Assembly (NCBI GenBank): GCA_022009835.1
Contig: CP091726.1
Location: 17,205 to 81,204 of the forward strand
Direction of reading: 5' to 3'
Source: Bacilli bacterium
GTDB lineage: Bacteria; Bacillota_I; Bacilli_A; RF39; UBA660
Length of the DNA: 64,000 bases
Below the pieces are notes generated by a model. It was given only the letters and a program-made list of their open reading frames with translations, had not been told where the DNA came from and did not search any database. Both the position numbers and the translations under genes were made by a program. Below are positions 11,629-21,302 of the stretch, piece after piece (the first letter of the stretch is position 1; every line of letters starts with the position of its first letter).

Positions 11629-11658
11629 TTACTACTCCTTTCTTTTGTTGTATAACAT

Positions 11659-11851
11659 TCAAAGCCATTTAAAGTATAATACTTTATTTTTCAAACTTTC
11701 GAATGTGCTAATTTTTTTAATTAGCACACTTTTTTTATATTTATTTAACAAATCCACCAAATTAAGAGCATTATCATCCTTTTTTTAAAAAGTTTCCGTA
11801 ATTTTTAAACATAAGCCACCTCATAAAAATTTTTATGAGTGTCTTTTTCAT
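11659..11851 (-). CDS. hypothetical small protein between the HTH gene and the recombinase
   Basis: MKKTLIKIFMRWLMFKNYGNFLKK... continues after one frame repair. Position fits an accessory/directionality factor, but no motif was seen. Confidence 0.2.
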
Positions 11852-11859
11852 TTTATTTC

Positions 11860-12383
11860 TTATTCCTCCTCGTATATATCACTTAATAATTTTTTTAATT
11901 CTTCTTGTTCTTCAATAGTTGCTTCGTTTTTTTAGGTATTAATTTACCATGCCAGTATTCATTACCTTCTTTATCTTTATAATAAATACTATCTTCTTTT
12001 TTTATTTAATTTATTATTATATTTTTTTAAAGTTTTTGTTTATAGCCTGTATTAAAATTATCTTTAATACTTTTTTTAATTTTTAAATTTAAGACCTCTG
12101 ATAATTTAATTATACGCTTAGAATTATTTGTGCTTTTATTATCATATTCAGTCCTAATATAACCAAAAGGTGGCTAAATTACTTATACTTTTTTTGATAT
12201 AGTTACTGCTGTTACATTATAAATATCACAAAAAAATATCTATTAGTAGCCCAACAATAACCATTTTTTTCTTACAAAGACTTATTATATGAATTAATAA
12301 TAATCTTTCTAAAAAAGTTAATCTATTATCTCTTAATACGGATTTTTAAAAATAAATACATTTATGAATTCTTCTTTATCCAT
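11860..12383 (-). CDS. helix-turn-helix DNA-binding protein (mobile-element type), frameshifted
   Basis: Reconstructed ...LRDNRLTFLERLLLIHIISLCKKNGYCWATNRYFCDIYNVTAVTISKK...IRTEYDNKSTNNSKRIIKL. Confidence 0.4.
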
Positions 12384-12416
12384 AATTATCAATATATAAG
12401 ATATATCTTGAGATAA

Positions 12417-12432
12417 TAAAAGTGCACTTTTA
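12417..12432. promoter_or_regulatory. 16-bp perfect palindrome TAAAAGTGCACTTTTA upstream of the HTH gene (candidate operator)
   Basis: Perfect dyad about 35 nt upstream of the ATG at 12383. A second 12-bp dyad AAGATATATCTT lies at 12398-12409. Confidence 0.3.
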
Positions 12433-12664
12433 AAACTTCTTTTCCCTAGGTAACTCAATCTTATAACAAATTAAATTAAAAAGAAATTGTATGAAACATG
12501 CAAAAGGAGTACATTTCTGTACGCCCATAGATATTTTTAATTTTCTATAATTTATCAACTTATCTTTGTTTTTTTATTTACAAATTCTGTTAATGTACCT
12601 TTTTTTATATGCATCAAATATTTTTTTCTTTCATATTTTTAATTGCTCAACTCTTTGAATTTTT

Positions 12665-13799
12665 TTACATGAAAGACAAAGTTCTTTTTTTATTCTTATC
12701 TATTACTTTCTTTATATGTTCTCTATTCTTTTTTGTTGATGGTGGTTCAACATATTCTATTGTATTAAACATACCATTTAAAGAAATGAAACATTTCCAC
12801 TTCTTAATGTATTCTAATTCATCCTTAGAATCTCCCATTGAAATAAATCTATTAAATAGCTTATTCATTTTTTTGAATGCATCTTTTTTTGATGCCCTTA
12901 CACAATATCTTTTAACTGTTAATCCTGTAATTAATGGCAATATTAATTGTTCATTTGGTCCTAATTCTTTTTTTCTATATCAATTATCTTAATTTTTTTC
13001 TCGCTTATAGAATGACCATAATCATTCAAAATATTACTAACCTCAGTAATTAAATCATTAGGGTTAAAATTATTGTCTTTATAAGAAAATGATATATCGT
13101 CAACATATGTACTAAATTTACAATTATATTTTATGGACACATCATTTATTTTTATCAAACATTTCCTTATATGATAAAAAAACTGACTATAGGACTGGTT
13201 GGATACCCCTGTGGAATAATTCTTTCACCAACATTTGAAGAACCGATAGGAACTGTAACAATTTTTGCCATTCTATCCGCTACATCACTTTCATAAACGA
13301 TTATATTACCATCTTTATCTTTTTTCTCTTTTGCCATATGCAATCCTGACTCTTTGGCAAAGAAATCCTTAACACGCTTAAATTTACAATTTGGAAAAAA
13401 ACTATTTATATCTAATAATATAAATTTGGTATTACCAATATGATATAAAAGCATTTCTTTTTATAATCACTTTCTTTCTTTGAAAATAAGTATTCTGGCA
13501 TTTCTATTTGAGATAAATAAAAAAACAAATTTGTCTTAATACTTTTTTTATGCTTATCACAACTATCACTAAACTCTCTATACTTACTTGATGTATAATC
13601 AGTTGGTTTTTTTATCAAATATTTCTTTAGTTACTTTAGATTGATAGAATGTTCTTTTTTTATTTAGAAAATGATGATCAGGGTTTCTTATTTCTTTTGT
13701 ATATACTTTCAAGTCTTTATTGGATAATAACTTAGCTAATTTTTCTCTTACTATAACATGCATATAAGTCATTTTTTTATACACTGTGTTTTTTTTCAT
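12665..13799 (-). CDS. stand-alone reverse transcriptase (retron/UG-like, about 380 aa), frameshifted
   Basis: Five ORF pieces join: ...YHIGNTKFILLDINSFFPN (motif 1), IIPQGYPTSPIVS (motif 4), STYVDDISFS (motif 5, YVDD), LPLITGLTV (motif 7, VTG-like). No fused effector domain. Confidence 0.8.
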
Positions 13800-13811
13800 A
13801 TTATCACCTCT

Positions 13812-13839
13812 AAAAAAGGAAAAAGCGCCAAATGCGCTT
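13812..13839 (-). terminator. hairpin AAGCGC-n5-GCGCTT plus T-rich tract just upstream of the RT RBS (terminator/attenuator)
   Basis: Minus strand reads GAAGCGCATTTGGCGCTTTTTCCTTTTTTAGAGGTGATAATATG. Confidence 0.45.
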
Positions 13840-13921
13840 CAACGGTTAATTAAAAGACAATACTTCGCTCGTTATGAGAATGCCACCTTATTATTAAAAT
13901 TTGATTTATTCGAATGAGATC

Positions 13922-14089
13922 TTATAAACAATGTACATAATAATTGCAATACTTTGGAAAAACTCCAAAATCGTAATGACCCATAATAAGTATAAATACT
14001 ATTATGGAATCAAATGGCTTTATCATTTTTAATCTTTTTTGGAAAGAAATAATAATCTCATTTACCTTTTTGCTCATTTTATATCTCAC
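13922..14089 (-). CDS. possible small ORF (about 55 aa) between the structured locus and the RT
   Basis: Strong AGGAGGTG RBS 6 nt before GTG. VRYKMSKKVNEIIISFQKRLKMIKPFDSIIVFILIMGHYDFGVFPKYCNYYVHCL with one hydrophobic stretch. Confidence 0.3.
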   Translation of the reverse strand: MRYKMSKKVNEIIISFQKRLKMIKPFDSIIVFILIMGHYDFGVFPKYCNYYVHCL

Positions 14090-14099
14090 TTTTTTCACC

Positions 14100-14365
14100 T
14101 CCTATTTAATTATTAAAAATAAATAAAAGGTGACACGACCGATGTTTTTAGTTAACCTCTTCGCATTTAGCTTTCCAGTGGTATGATGGAATAATGTTTG
14201 TAGGTGATGAGACAGCTTGACTGGCTCAGCACCACAAACATCCAGCATAGCATTTATTTGCTTGCAAATCTCCCAACGTCCCATAAATTTGAGCACACAG
14301 TATTATTTCAACTGCTATTGATAATTGTAATTATCCAGTTATTGCCTGCTTTCAAATTACAAGAT
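14100..14365 (-). ncRNA. candidate RT-associated structured non-coding RNA (msr/msd-like or DRT-type template)
   Basis: Visibly GC-richer than the flanks. Long imperfect hairpin GTTTGTGGTGCTGAG...CTCATCACCTACAAAC (14195-14238). 8-bp stem TTGTAATT...AATTACAA (14324-14361). TTGCAA/TATAAT-like boxes at 14391/14363. Same strand as the RT. Confidence 0.45.
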
Positions 14366-14394
14366 TATATTACATCATTTTTCTATAATTTTTG

Positions 14395-15475
14395 CAAGTC
14401 GGTTAATAAACTAGAAATTTTAACATCATATTATATTTTTTTATACATTATATTTTTTTATAAATTGCTCCATATATTCATAATCTGGTTGTAACTTTGA
14501 GTTTACTGGGATCAAAAATCTTCTGACGTTTCATTCGTGATTCATTAAACTTATAACCATATTTATATTTATTTTTTTGCATCAATATTATTGTTTTTAA
14601 AAAAATAACAATACATATTCATTATCAATATATTCTTTTTAAATGAAATCTTTTTTTACATCATCCGAAAATATACATTTATATTTATGATAAAAATTTT
14701 CAACAACGCTGCCATTATAATTAACACCTAAAACATTTCTATCCAGAGTATTATTAATATTAGATACATAATTGGTTATTCCATTATTAGAATCAGATGC
14801 ACCTATAAATGGAATAGTACCTACTACCATATTGCGCTTTTCCAGTCTTTTCCCTGGAAGAATATAAAAAATATTATCAATATTGTATTCCTTCCATTTT
14901 TTATTTTTTAGTTCGTCAATATTTTTGTAAGAAACGTTTTTTAATTTTAAAGTTATGTAATCACTCATTTCTTTTTTTGCTTTTTGCTATATATTTCTTT
15001 TATAAAGTTTTCCATATATTCATAGTCTGGTTCATCATTTTTTTGATGGCAATAGTACTTTTTTTCTCTAGCAAATCTTGTTGATGAAACAGCATAACCA
15101 AAAAGAATACTTCTTATTGACACTTTTTGTAATACAAGTACTTACAAAAATACCTATTTCCTTATTCATATTAAATTTAGGCACAAGTACAATTATATGA
15201 GTGCCACTAAAATTTGTACTTTGATAAAACGCTTGCCCAAAATCAGATACTGTAATACTATTACCTTTATGACAGACAACATCGTTACTATAAAAAACAA
15301 TACCATTATTATTATTTGTAGCTGAAACATAAGGATTAATTCCAACAAGTAAATCTTTTTGATTATTTCCTTTTCCCTTTTTTTCTATATAAAATAATTG
15401 CGATATTTCATATTCTTTCCATATAGGTTTATTTTTCCATTGTCATTCTCCTCAAACAAATATCCATTTCCATGT
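14395..15475 (-). CDS. HsdS-like specificity subunit with two target-recognition domains, frameshifted
   Basis: Two TRD starts WKEYEISQLFYIEKK... and WKEYNIDNIFYILPGKRL...PFIGASDSNNGIT...VNYNGSVVENFY. Repeated conserved spacer PDYEYME(N/Q)FIK. Confidence 0.7.
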
Positions 15476-17362
15476 GATATTGTGTTTATTTCAAAAGTCA
15501 AATAATCTGCTACACTTTTTTTCAAAATCATCTAAATTAGGTTGTTCATCATTAAAATAATAAAAAAACTATGCAGCCATTCATCATCAGGAAGAATTGT
15601 TGTTTTAACACAAAAATCCGTACTTTCTTCAATCTTATTATTCCATACATCTAATAAATGTTGTTTTCTGTCTTTAGCAATCGCTGTTTCTATTAAACCT
15701 ATATGTTGATAAATTTTTATATCCATCGTCCTCAAAATTAATAAATTTACACTCTTTATTTTTATCATGCGGTATACCTGCAGTAAATATTGCAATACAA
15801 GGCATAACACCAACACCATAAAATGTATCTTTATTTAAAGTAATAACTCCTTCCAAAGTATGATGTTTTTAATATATTTTTGCTTAAACGCTTGTTCATC
15901 TTTTTGTCTTACCGGTCATAGAACTTTGTGGTACAATAACCGCACATCTTCCTCCTATTATAAGAGAATCTAATAAGTGTTCAACAAAACTTAATTCATA
16001 TAAATCCGGATTGTTCTTCGACCCCTGCGAATACGGAGGGTTCATCATTCCAACAGTAGCAGCTTTTAGCTGTAATTTATTACTAGGCAATTTTAAAAAA
16101 TCATCATTAATTAAATTACTTTTTCCGTCTCCTCGAAGTATCATATTAGATGTTGCAATAGTGAACATATATGGTTGCAATTCAATACCATGTAACTGTT
16201 CTTGACGTATATGTCTTTTCTCGCTATCATCATTTGCTTGTTTTAACATATTATGCATAGCGGATATTAAAAATCCGGCTGTTCCGCAACATGGATCTAA
16301 AATTGTATCAAGTTTATTTATATTTAACAAATCACAAAATAATTCAGTTATATGTTTTGGGGTCAAAACTATCCCAAGTGTCTGACCATCACCACCGCTA
16401 TAACTCATAAACTCTCCATAAAATCTTCCAATATAATCTTCTGCAGAATTATTAAATCTAATATTTTTTTATAAAGGTGTTTATTCAAAAAAATTCAGTA
16501 TAATATTTTTAGTGGTGTTTTTCCCTAATTTTTTTGATTTATTTCATTTTAAAAATCTGTGAATCTTTAATAATTGAAAAATTGACTTAATAATTTGTCC
16601 TTTTTTTACATCCGGCTGAACATTTGCCCTCTTCAAATTTGAACTTATAGCATTATAAATTTTTTTGTCCGTCAGTATTATATGAATCACCAATTAAAGA
16701 ATCAACATCAAAATTCCTATATTCACTTTCTTTTAAAGCAAGTAATATTCCAGCCACTACTAGGGGCTTGTCAGTATCTTTTAAATTCCCATAGTTTCTC
16801 AAATCTTCATGTAAGATTGCAGCATCTTTTAATAATTCTGCCGTTTCTTTTTCCTTATCAGTGTCCTCTTTTAAAACTTCTCTTGTATAGTATTCATCTA
16901 TATTTTTCTTCATTGATTGATATAAAAAGATTCTAAATCTGATAGTTCTCTATAATCAGTAGTATTATCTACAAACAACGGTGAAATTCTATGATGCTTT
17001 TCATCACCGGATACACCAAAAGCAAAAATCTTTTTATATGATGTGTTTTTTGCTAAATGTTGTGCGTAAAATAATGCCCCATTGACTGCATAATCCATCA
17101 CGTCTTTTGTATCCAAACTGATTACATCATTATCAATTTTAATATGTTTATCTAAAGAAGATTTATCTTCTATAACAATTAAATAATCCTTAACGTTTCC
17201 AACATATTCAGGAAATCCAACTTTTCCAGTTCCCTTTTTAGACGCGGTTTTTAAAGCTTCATCTATCTCCTTAACATCACTACCTTGATAAGATAAACTT
17301 ATATTTGCATCCCTTAATAATTCATAAACCAAAATATCAGTTAAAGCCTCATTTTTCGCCAT
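15470..17362 (-). CDS. N6-adenine DNA methyltransferase with N-terminal PD-(D/E)xK-like nuclease domain (BcgI-A-like R-M subunit), frameshifted
   Basis: N-terminal GFPEYVGNVKDYLIVIEDK (HsdR_N-like). Methylase motif I DPCCGTAGFL and motif IV GMMNPPYSQG. About 610 aa after repair. No HsdR helicase gene nearby. Confidence 0.7.
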
Positions 17363-17363
17363 A

Positions 17364-17535
17364 CTACTTACTCTCCTTCTTCATTTTTTCTTCAATAGCT
17401 TCCACTACAAATTTATTTATACTATAACCCCTATTTTTATTTTTTCTTAAATGAACTAAATCACTGACTTTTTTTATATAGTTCTGGATTCATTCTTAAA
17501 GGTATTGGTACTTTATTTTCTTCCTTTTTTTTCAT
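17364..17535 (-). CDS. ribbon-helix-helix (CopG/Arc-like) small regulator upstream of the R-M genes
   Basis: MKKKEENKVPIPLRMNPELYKKVSDLVHLRKNKNRGYSINKFVVEAIEEKMKKESK after one frame repair. Its stop lies 2 nt before the methylase ATG. Confidence 0.55.
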
Positions 17536-17609
17536 ATTTATTCCCTCTTTATTATAATATCATTATATCTTGATATAATGATATCATTTTTAATAAAAAA
17601 ATTCAAGGG

Positions 17610-17687
17610 TTTGGGAGTAATCCCACAAAAGAATTTCGTACGGGAGTACAAATTCAGTGCTTGCAGGACAAAGAATTTACTCCCAAA
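17610..17687. repeat. 55-nt repeat copy 1 (core 17621-17675) enclosed by an 11-bp stem TTTGGGAGTAA/TTACTCCCAAA
   Basis: The core shares a perfect 17-mer AGTACAAATTCAGTGCT and 10-mer AATTTCGTAC with copy 2 at 19501-19555 (about 80% identity by hand). Confidence 0.65.
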
Positions 17688-17796
17688 ATAATTAATTACA
17701 CTTAAAAAAACTCTATCAATTTGATTCGATAGAGTTCGCTTTTTTTAATAAAATTTCTTTAATATCATTGGATTATCTTTTTACTATTTTTTTAAA

Positions 17797-18051
17797 TTAT
17801 ATTTTTATTCTTAATATATTCTTTACAGATGGTATAAGTTTATCTATATCACATCTTACATTAAATACATCTATTGCTGAATTAATATGATTATAAATTG
17901 GTGCTTTTAGATAATGCTTTCTTGTAAAAAAACTATCTGCTATATAAAAGGCTACTACATCTGGTATTATAAATTCTTTTAGATAGTTATCATAATTAAT
18001 GCATACTGGCAGGTATATTCTTTCAAATTCTTCATCAGTAATATCACACAT
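17797..18051 (-). CDS. hypothetical protein (84 aa, intact ORF)
   Basis: Intact ORF. Its start overlaps the TnpV stop (ATGTGTGA). No recognisable motif. Confidence 0.4.
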   Translation of the reverse strand: MCDITDEEFERIYLPVCINYDNYLKEFIIPDVVAFYIADSFFTRKHYLKAPIYNHINSAIDVFNVRCDIDKLIPSVKNILRIKI

Positions 18052-18396
18052 AGATACACTCCTTTAAAATTATTTCTTCTGCTATATCTTTTATATTATT
18101 CATTTTGCTTACCCATAACATTTGATTACTACTTTTTAATTCTTCAGTAATATTTTCTTTTTCAGCTAGTTCTGTAATTAACTTCTGCACCTTCTCCATA
18201 ACAGTAATATCGATATTATGGAGATATTCATTTAATTTATCATTAACAAGTAAATCAAAAATATAATCCTAATTTATATTTCTTAATATAATTTAATCTT
18301 AATAATCCATATTTTTCCTATACTAAATCTTTCTTTATCTTCTAATATTAAATCTGGTAATAAATAATCACCTTTCTTAGTGTAACTAATGTTCAT
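18044..18396 (-). CDS. TnpV-like protein (Tn4451-family accessory protein), frameshifted
   Basis: Reconstructed MNISYTKKGDYLLPDLILEDKERFSIGKYGLLRLNYIKKYKLGLYFDLLVNDKLNEYLHNIDITVMEKVQKLITELAEKENITEELKSSNQMLWVSKMNNIKDIAEEIILKECIYV. Confidence 0.65.
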
Positions 18397-18437
18397 AACA
18401 GTTCTCCATTTCTTTCTAATTTATTTGGCTTTAATTG

Positions 18438-18767
18438 TTATACATATTTTGTTACACAATGACTATCGCCACCACCTGAATTAATATGGTTCGATATTAG
18501 TATAACATCAGATGAGTTACCAAACTTATTTAAAATAGTATTTACTCTATCAGTTGGAGATAGTGTGGTATCTGAGTCTCTAGTTATAGCTACTGGTATT
18601 CCTAACTCTTTAAATCTATCATACATGTATTTGGATATTAATAGATTATAGTCTTTTTCTAGTAAATTATTGCCTGTAGCACCAGAATCTGTACCACCGT
18701 GACCTGGGTCAATTATTACTTTACGAACCGCTCTATATTCATTATTATTCATAGTTATTACCTTCAA
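18438..18767 (-). pseudogene. 3'-truncated N-acetylmuramoyl-L-alanine amidase (Amidase_3/CwlD-like)
   Basis: VIIDPGHGGTDSGATGNNLLEKDYNL...GIPVAITRDSD...LISNHINSGGGDS, then HCVTKYV-stop. The C-terminal half of the domain is missing. Confidence 0.7.
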
Positions 18768-18868
18768 AGTAGTATATGTAAATAATGTTAATTTGGTTAA
18801 CTTGACTAGTATAAAAAAAGATACTATTTTTTTAGTACCTTTAATTTTTTTATTTAATGTATTATTTA

Positions 18869-19439
18869 TTATTTTTTTCTTATTTCAATAATTCTTTTTT
18901 TCCATAAAGTCTGGATTATCTTTAAACCATTTTTATGTTAAGTGGTGATGGATGTGGCAAAAACTATTGCTGGTTTATTAAATAATATATTATTTTTTTA
19001 ATATTAGGTCATTATAATCTTCATTTGGAAAAAAATGTTTTTAGCGGCTTTGGCTCCAATTATTATGTATAATTTATTATCTATATATTCTAATTCTTTC
19101 TTTATCCATTTTTCATAGCATATTTTTAGGTGGTGCTTTGTCACATCCATTTTTATCTTTTCCTGGGTAGCAATGTGCTAGTGCTGTAATAAAGAAGTTA
19201 TCTAGATTATAGAATTCTTCATCGCTTATTTGATACCATTCGTATTTTAATTTTTTACCACTTTGATCAGTAAATGGCTTTAGTGTAGTATCTACCGTTT
19301 TAGATGGTGCTTGACTTATTTGAACTATTTTTGAAGTAGCGGAGCCTATGACTACTGGATGTGGTTTGAATCCAAACTTATCTTCACAAATATTACATTT
19401 TCTTATTTCTTTTATTAAATTATTAAAGTCTTTTTCCAT
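18869..19439 (-). CDS. uracil-DNA glycosylase superfamily protein, frameshifted
   Basis: IRKCNICEDKFGFKPHPVVIGSATSKIVQISQAPS...ALAHCYPGKDKNG.DKAPPK...LYIIIGAKAAK. AGGAGGT RBS before ATG at 19439. Confidence 0.65.
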
Positions 19440-19500
19440 AATACCTCCTATTCTTAATTTTTGTAAATACAACTATTTGAAATTTAGAGTTTGATATATT

Positions 19501-19555
19501 TCCCACATACAAATTTCGTACAGTAGTACAAATTCAGTGCTGTCTAGACAACAAA
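19501..19555. repeat. 55-nt repeat copy 2
   Basis: TCCCACATACAAATTTCGTACAGTAGTACAAATTCAGTGCTGTCTAGACAACAAA; see copy 1 at 17621-17675. Confidence 0.65.
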
Positions 19556-19567
19556 CATACACCTACA

Positions 19568-20759
19568 TTAATTTTTTTCATGTATTTTTATATTTTTGAA
19601 TTTAATTACAAAAATATAGTTACTTATTAATTGGGTTATAATCTGATTTCTTTGTTTCACTATACTTCCCGGCTCATAAAAGCACATAAACAATTCATTT
19701 TTATCTACTGATTTTTTTATATAATTTTTAAAAAAACAAAATTAAGTTTTTCATGTTGAAAATCACTCATATTTTTCCATCAAGCTAATTATATTTTTGA
19801 TAAGAATTTTTGATCTAAAAAAAATCAAAAAAATTTATTTATAAAGCCAATCATAACATCAGATAATTGTAATCGAATATTTTTTTCTTAGAATCTTCAA
19901 AATTATAATTAGTAATATCACTATTCTTTAATTTGTCTTGAATTTCTGTAATCTCATCAAAGCAATGAAACGATTTATAAAATTTAACACACATATCTAG
20001 GTTCAACCCTGAATAACCTTCAATTATTACTTTTTTTCAGAATTATTTTTCTAAAAAAATTAATTGTTCCTTTTTTTGAATATTCTTTAAATAATTGTCT
20101 ACAAGTTTCTAAACCAAAAAAAACATATTAGTATCTGTTTCATTAATCCAATCACACATTTTTTTGCAAAAAAACTCAATATAATCTCCAGTAACATTAG
20201 GATAATTTGATTCTTCTAAAATATGTATGAATCTATTTATATCGGTTTTTTTATATAAAAATATAATTCATCTTTCATTATTGGAGCCAAAAAAACAATA
20301 TGTTTCTTTATATTTATCTAACAACAAAGAATCAATTATTTCTATTATTACATCATAAAGATTATCAAAAAGTAGAGCAATGCAAATATATATCATTATT
20401 ATACATAAACTCTAATATTTTATTTAAATTTTTTTCCTCTCAAACAGTTTATGAATGTATCTGTTTTTTTCCTGTATTAATTTGTCTTAAAATTTTAATT
20501 CACCTTGTATATTTAAATTTTTTTAACAATTCGTTCCAAGGAACTATATCATCTTTATTTTTTTAGCTAACGTTATTCCACCTAATCTATATTTTTGTGT
20601 AAAAAAATTATCAATATTTAATATTTTTGTTATCTTTAAACTGAAATTTAATAAAATTATTTGTTTCATCATAATAAAAAAATTATTAACCACGTTAGTA
20701 TCATAACCTTGCTCAGCATAGTATTCTTCCAGCAATGCTCTAAGACTCATAATAATCAA
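19568..20759 (-). CDS. hypothetical protein, possibly DUF3800-like, heavily frameshifted
   Basis: MSLRALLEEYYAEQGYDTNVVNNFFYYDETNN...YRLGGI... and a late ...LQLSDVMIGFINKF motif resembling the DUF3800 C-terminal Q.AD..AG box. Confidence 0.3.
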
Positions 20760-20998
20760 CTCCTCGCATATATTATAACATTTAAAACTATTTTTTTCCC
20801 ATAAGGCTTTCCAACTAAAAAAACCTATTTTTCATACATAAAATTAATTTTTGATAATCGCACTGAAAATATGCTATTTATTAATTTAATTGTCAGTATC
20901 ATTAATAAATAATTACTTCTCCATAACAAAAATAATATTAGTATATAGTTATTGCTTATATATAATAGATGGCAATAAGCATAATAAAATATATATAA

Positions 20999-21290
20999 TT
21001 ATTTATTACTAACTATCCTATCTAATTTACTTCTTATAATACTTTCTTCTCTACTACCATTAGTAGTTAATCTAATTAATGGTATATTATATTTAGATAG
21101 AATATTATTTTTTTAATATATCTCTTTCTTTTTCGTTTATTATCTTCTTTATGATATTTATATCCATCTACTTCTATCACTAATAATGGTATTTTACTTA
21201 TTTTATTATATATTAAGAAATCTATATGAGTATTATGGTGAGAAGTATATTTTCTTTATTCTTCTGCTTCTAATGTTTTATTTTTTTAAT
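20999..21290 (-). CDS. DUF2726-like (PD-(D/E)xK fold) protein fragment, frameshifted
   Basis: ...HIDFLIYNKISKIPLLVIEVDGYKYHKEDNKRKERDILKNNILSKYNIPLIRLTTNGSREESIIRSKLDRIVSNK. No clear start codon. Confidence 0.45.
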
Positions 21291-21302
21291 ATATTTAAAA
21301 TT

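Larger units (their letters stand above)
9976..18463 (-). mobile_element. putative large-serine-recombinase / TnpV mobilisable element carrying RT and R-M cargo
   Basis: Recombinase at one end and TnpV at the other. The right end abuts a truncated amidase gene. About 34-nt imperfectly similar sequences lie at 9976-10009 and 18431-18463. Confidence 0.45.

Noticed and set aside
6556-12400. Prophage, suggested by the Bro-N antirepressor-like gene, AbiEi, recombinase and HTH.
   Set aside because: No capsid, portal, terminase, tail or lysis genes occur anywhere in the window. The gene content fits an integrative or mobilisable island.
14102-14296. 64-codon minus-strand ORF in the GC-rich block as an ordinary protein gene.
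   Set aside because: It has no RBS, and its composition is unlike any coding region in the window. The region folds into long hairpins and sits between a promoter-like site and the RT. I treat it as part of a candidate ncRNA, and note the open frame separately as a finding.
12665-14398. RT1 as a group II intron maturase.
   Set aside because: The protein is only about 380 aa. I see no recognisable maturase X, DNA-binding or endonuclease extension. The flanks lack ribozyme-sized conserved structure: about 270 nt upstream, and AT-rich spacer downstream.
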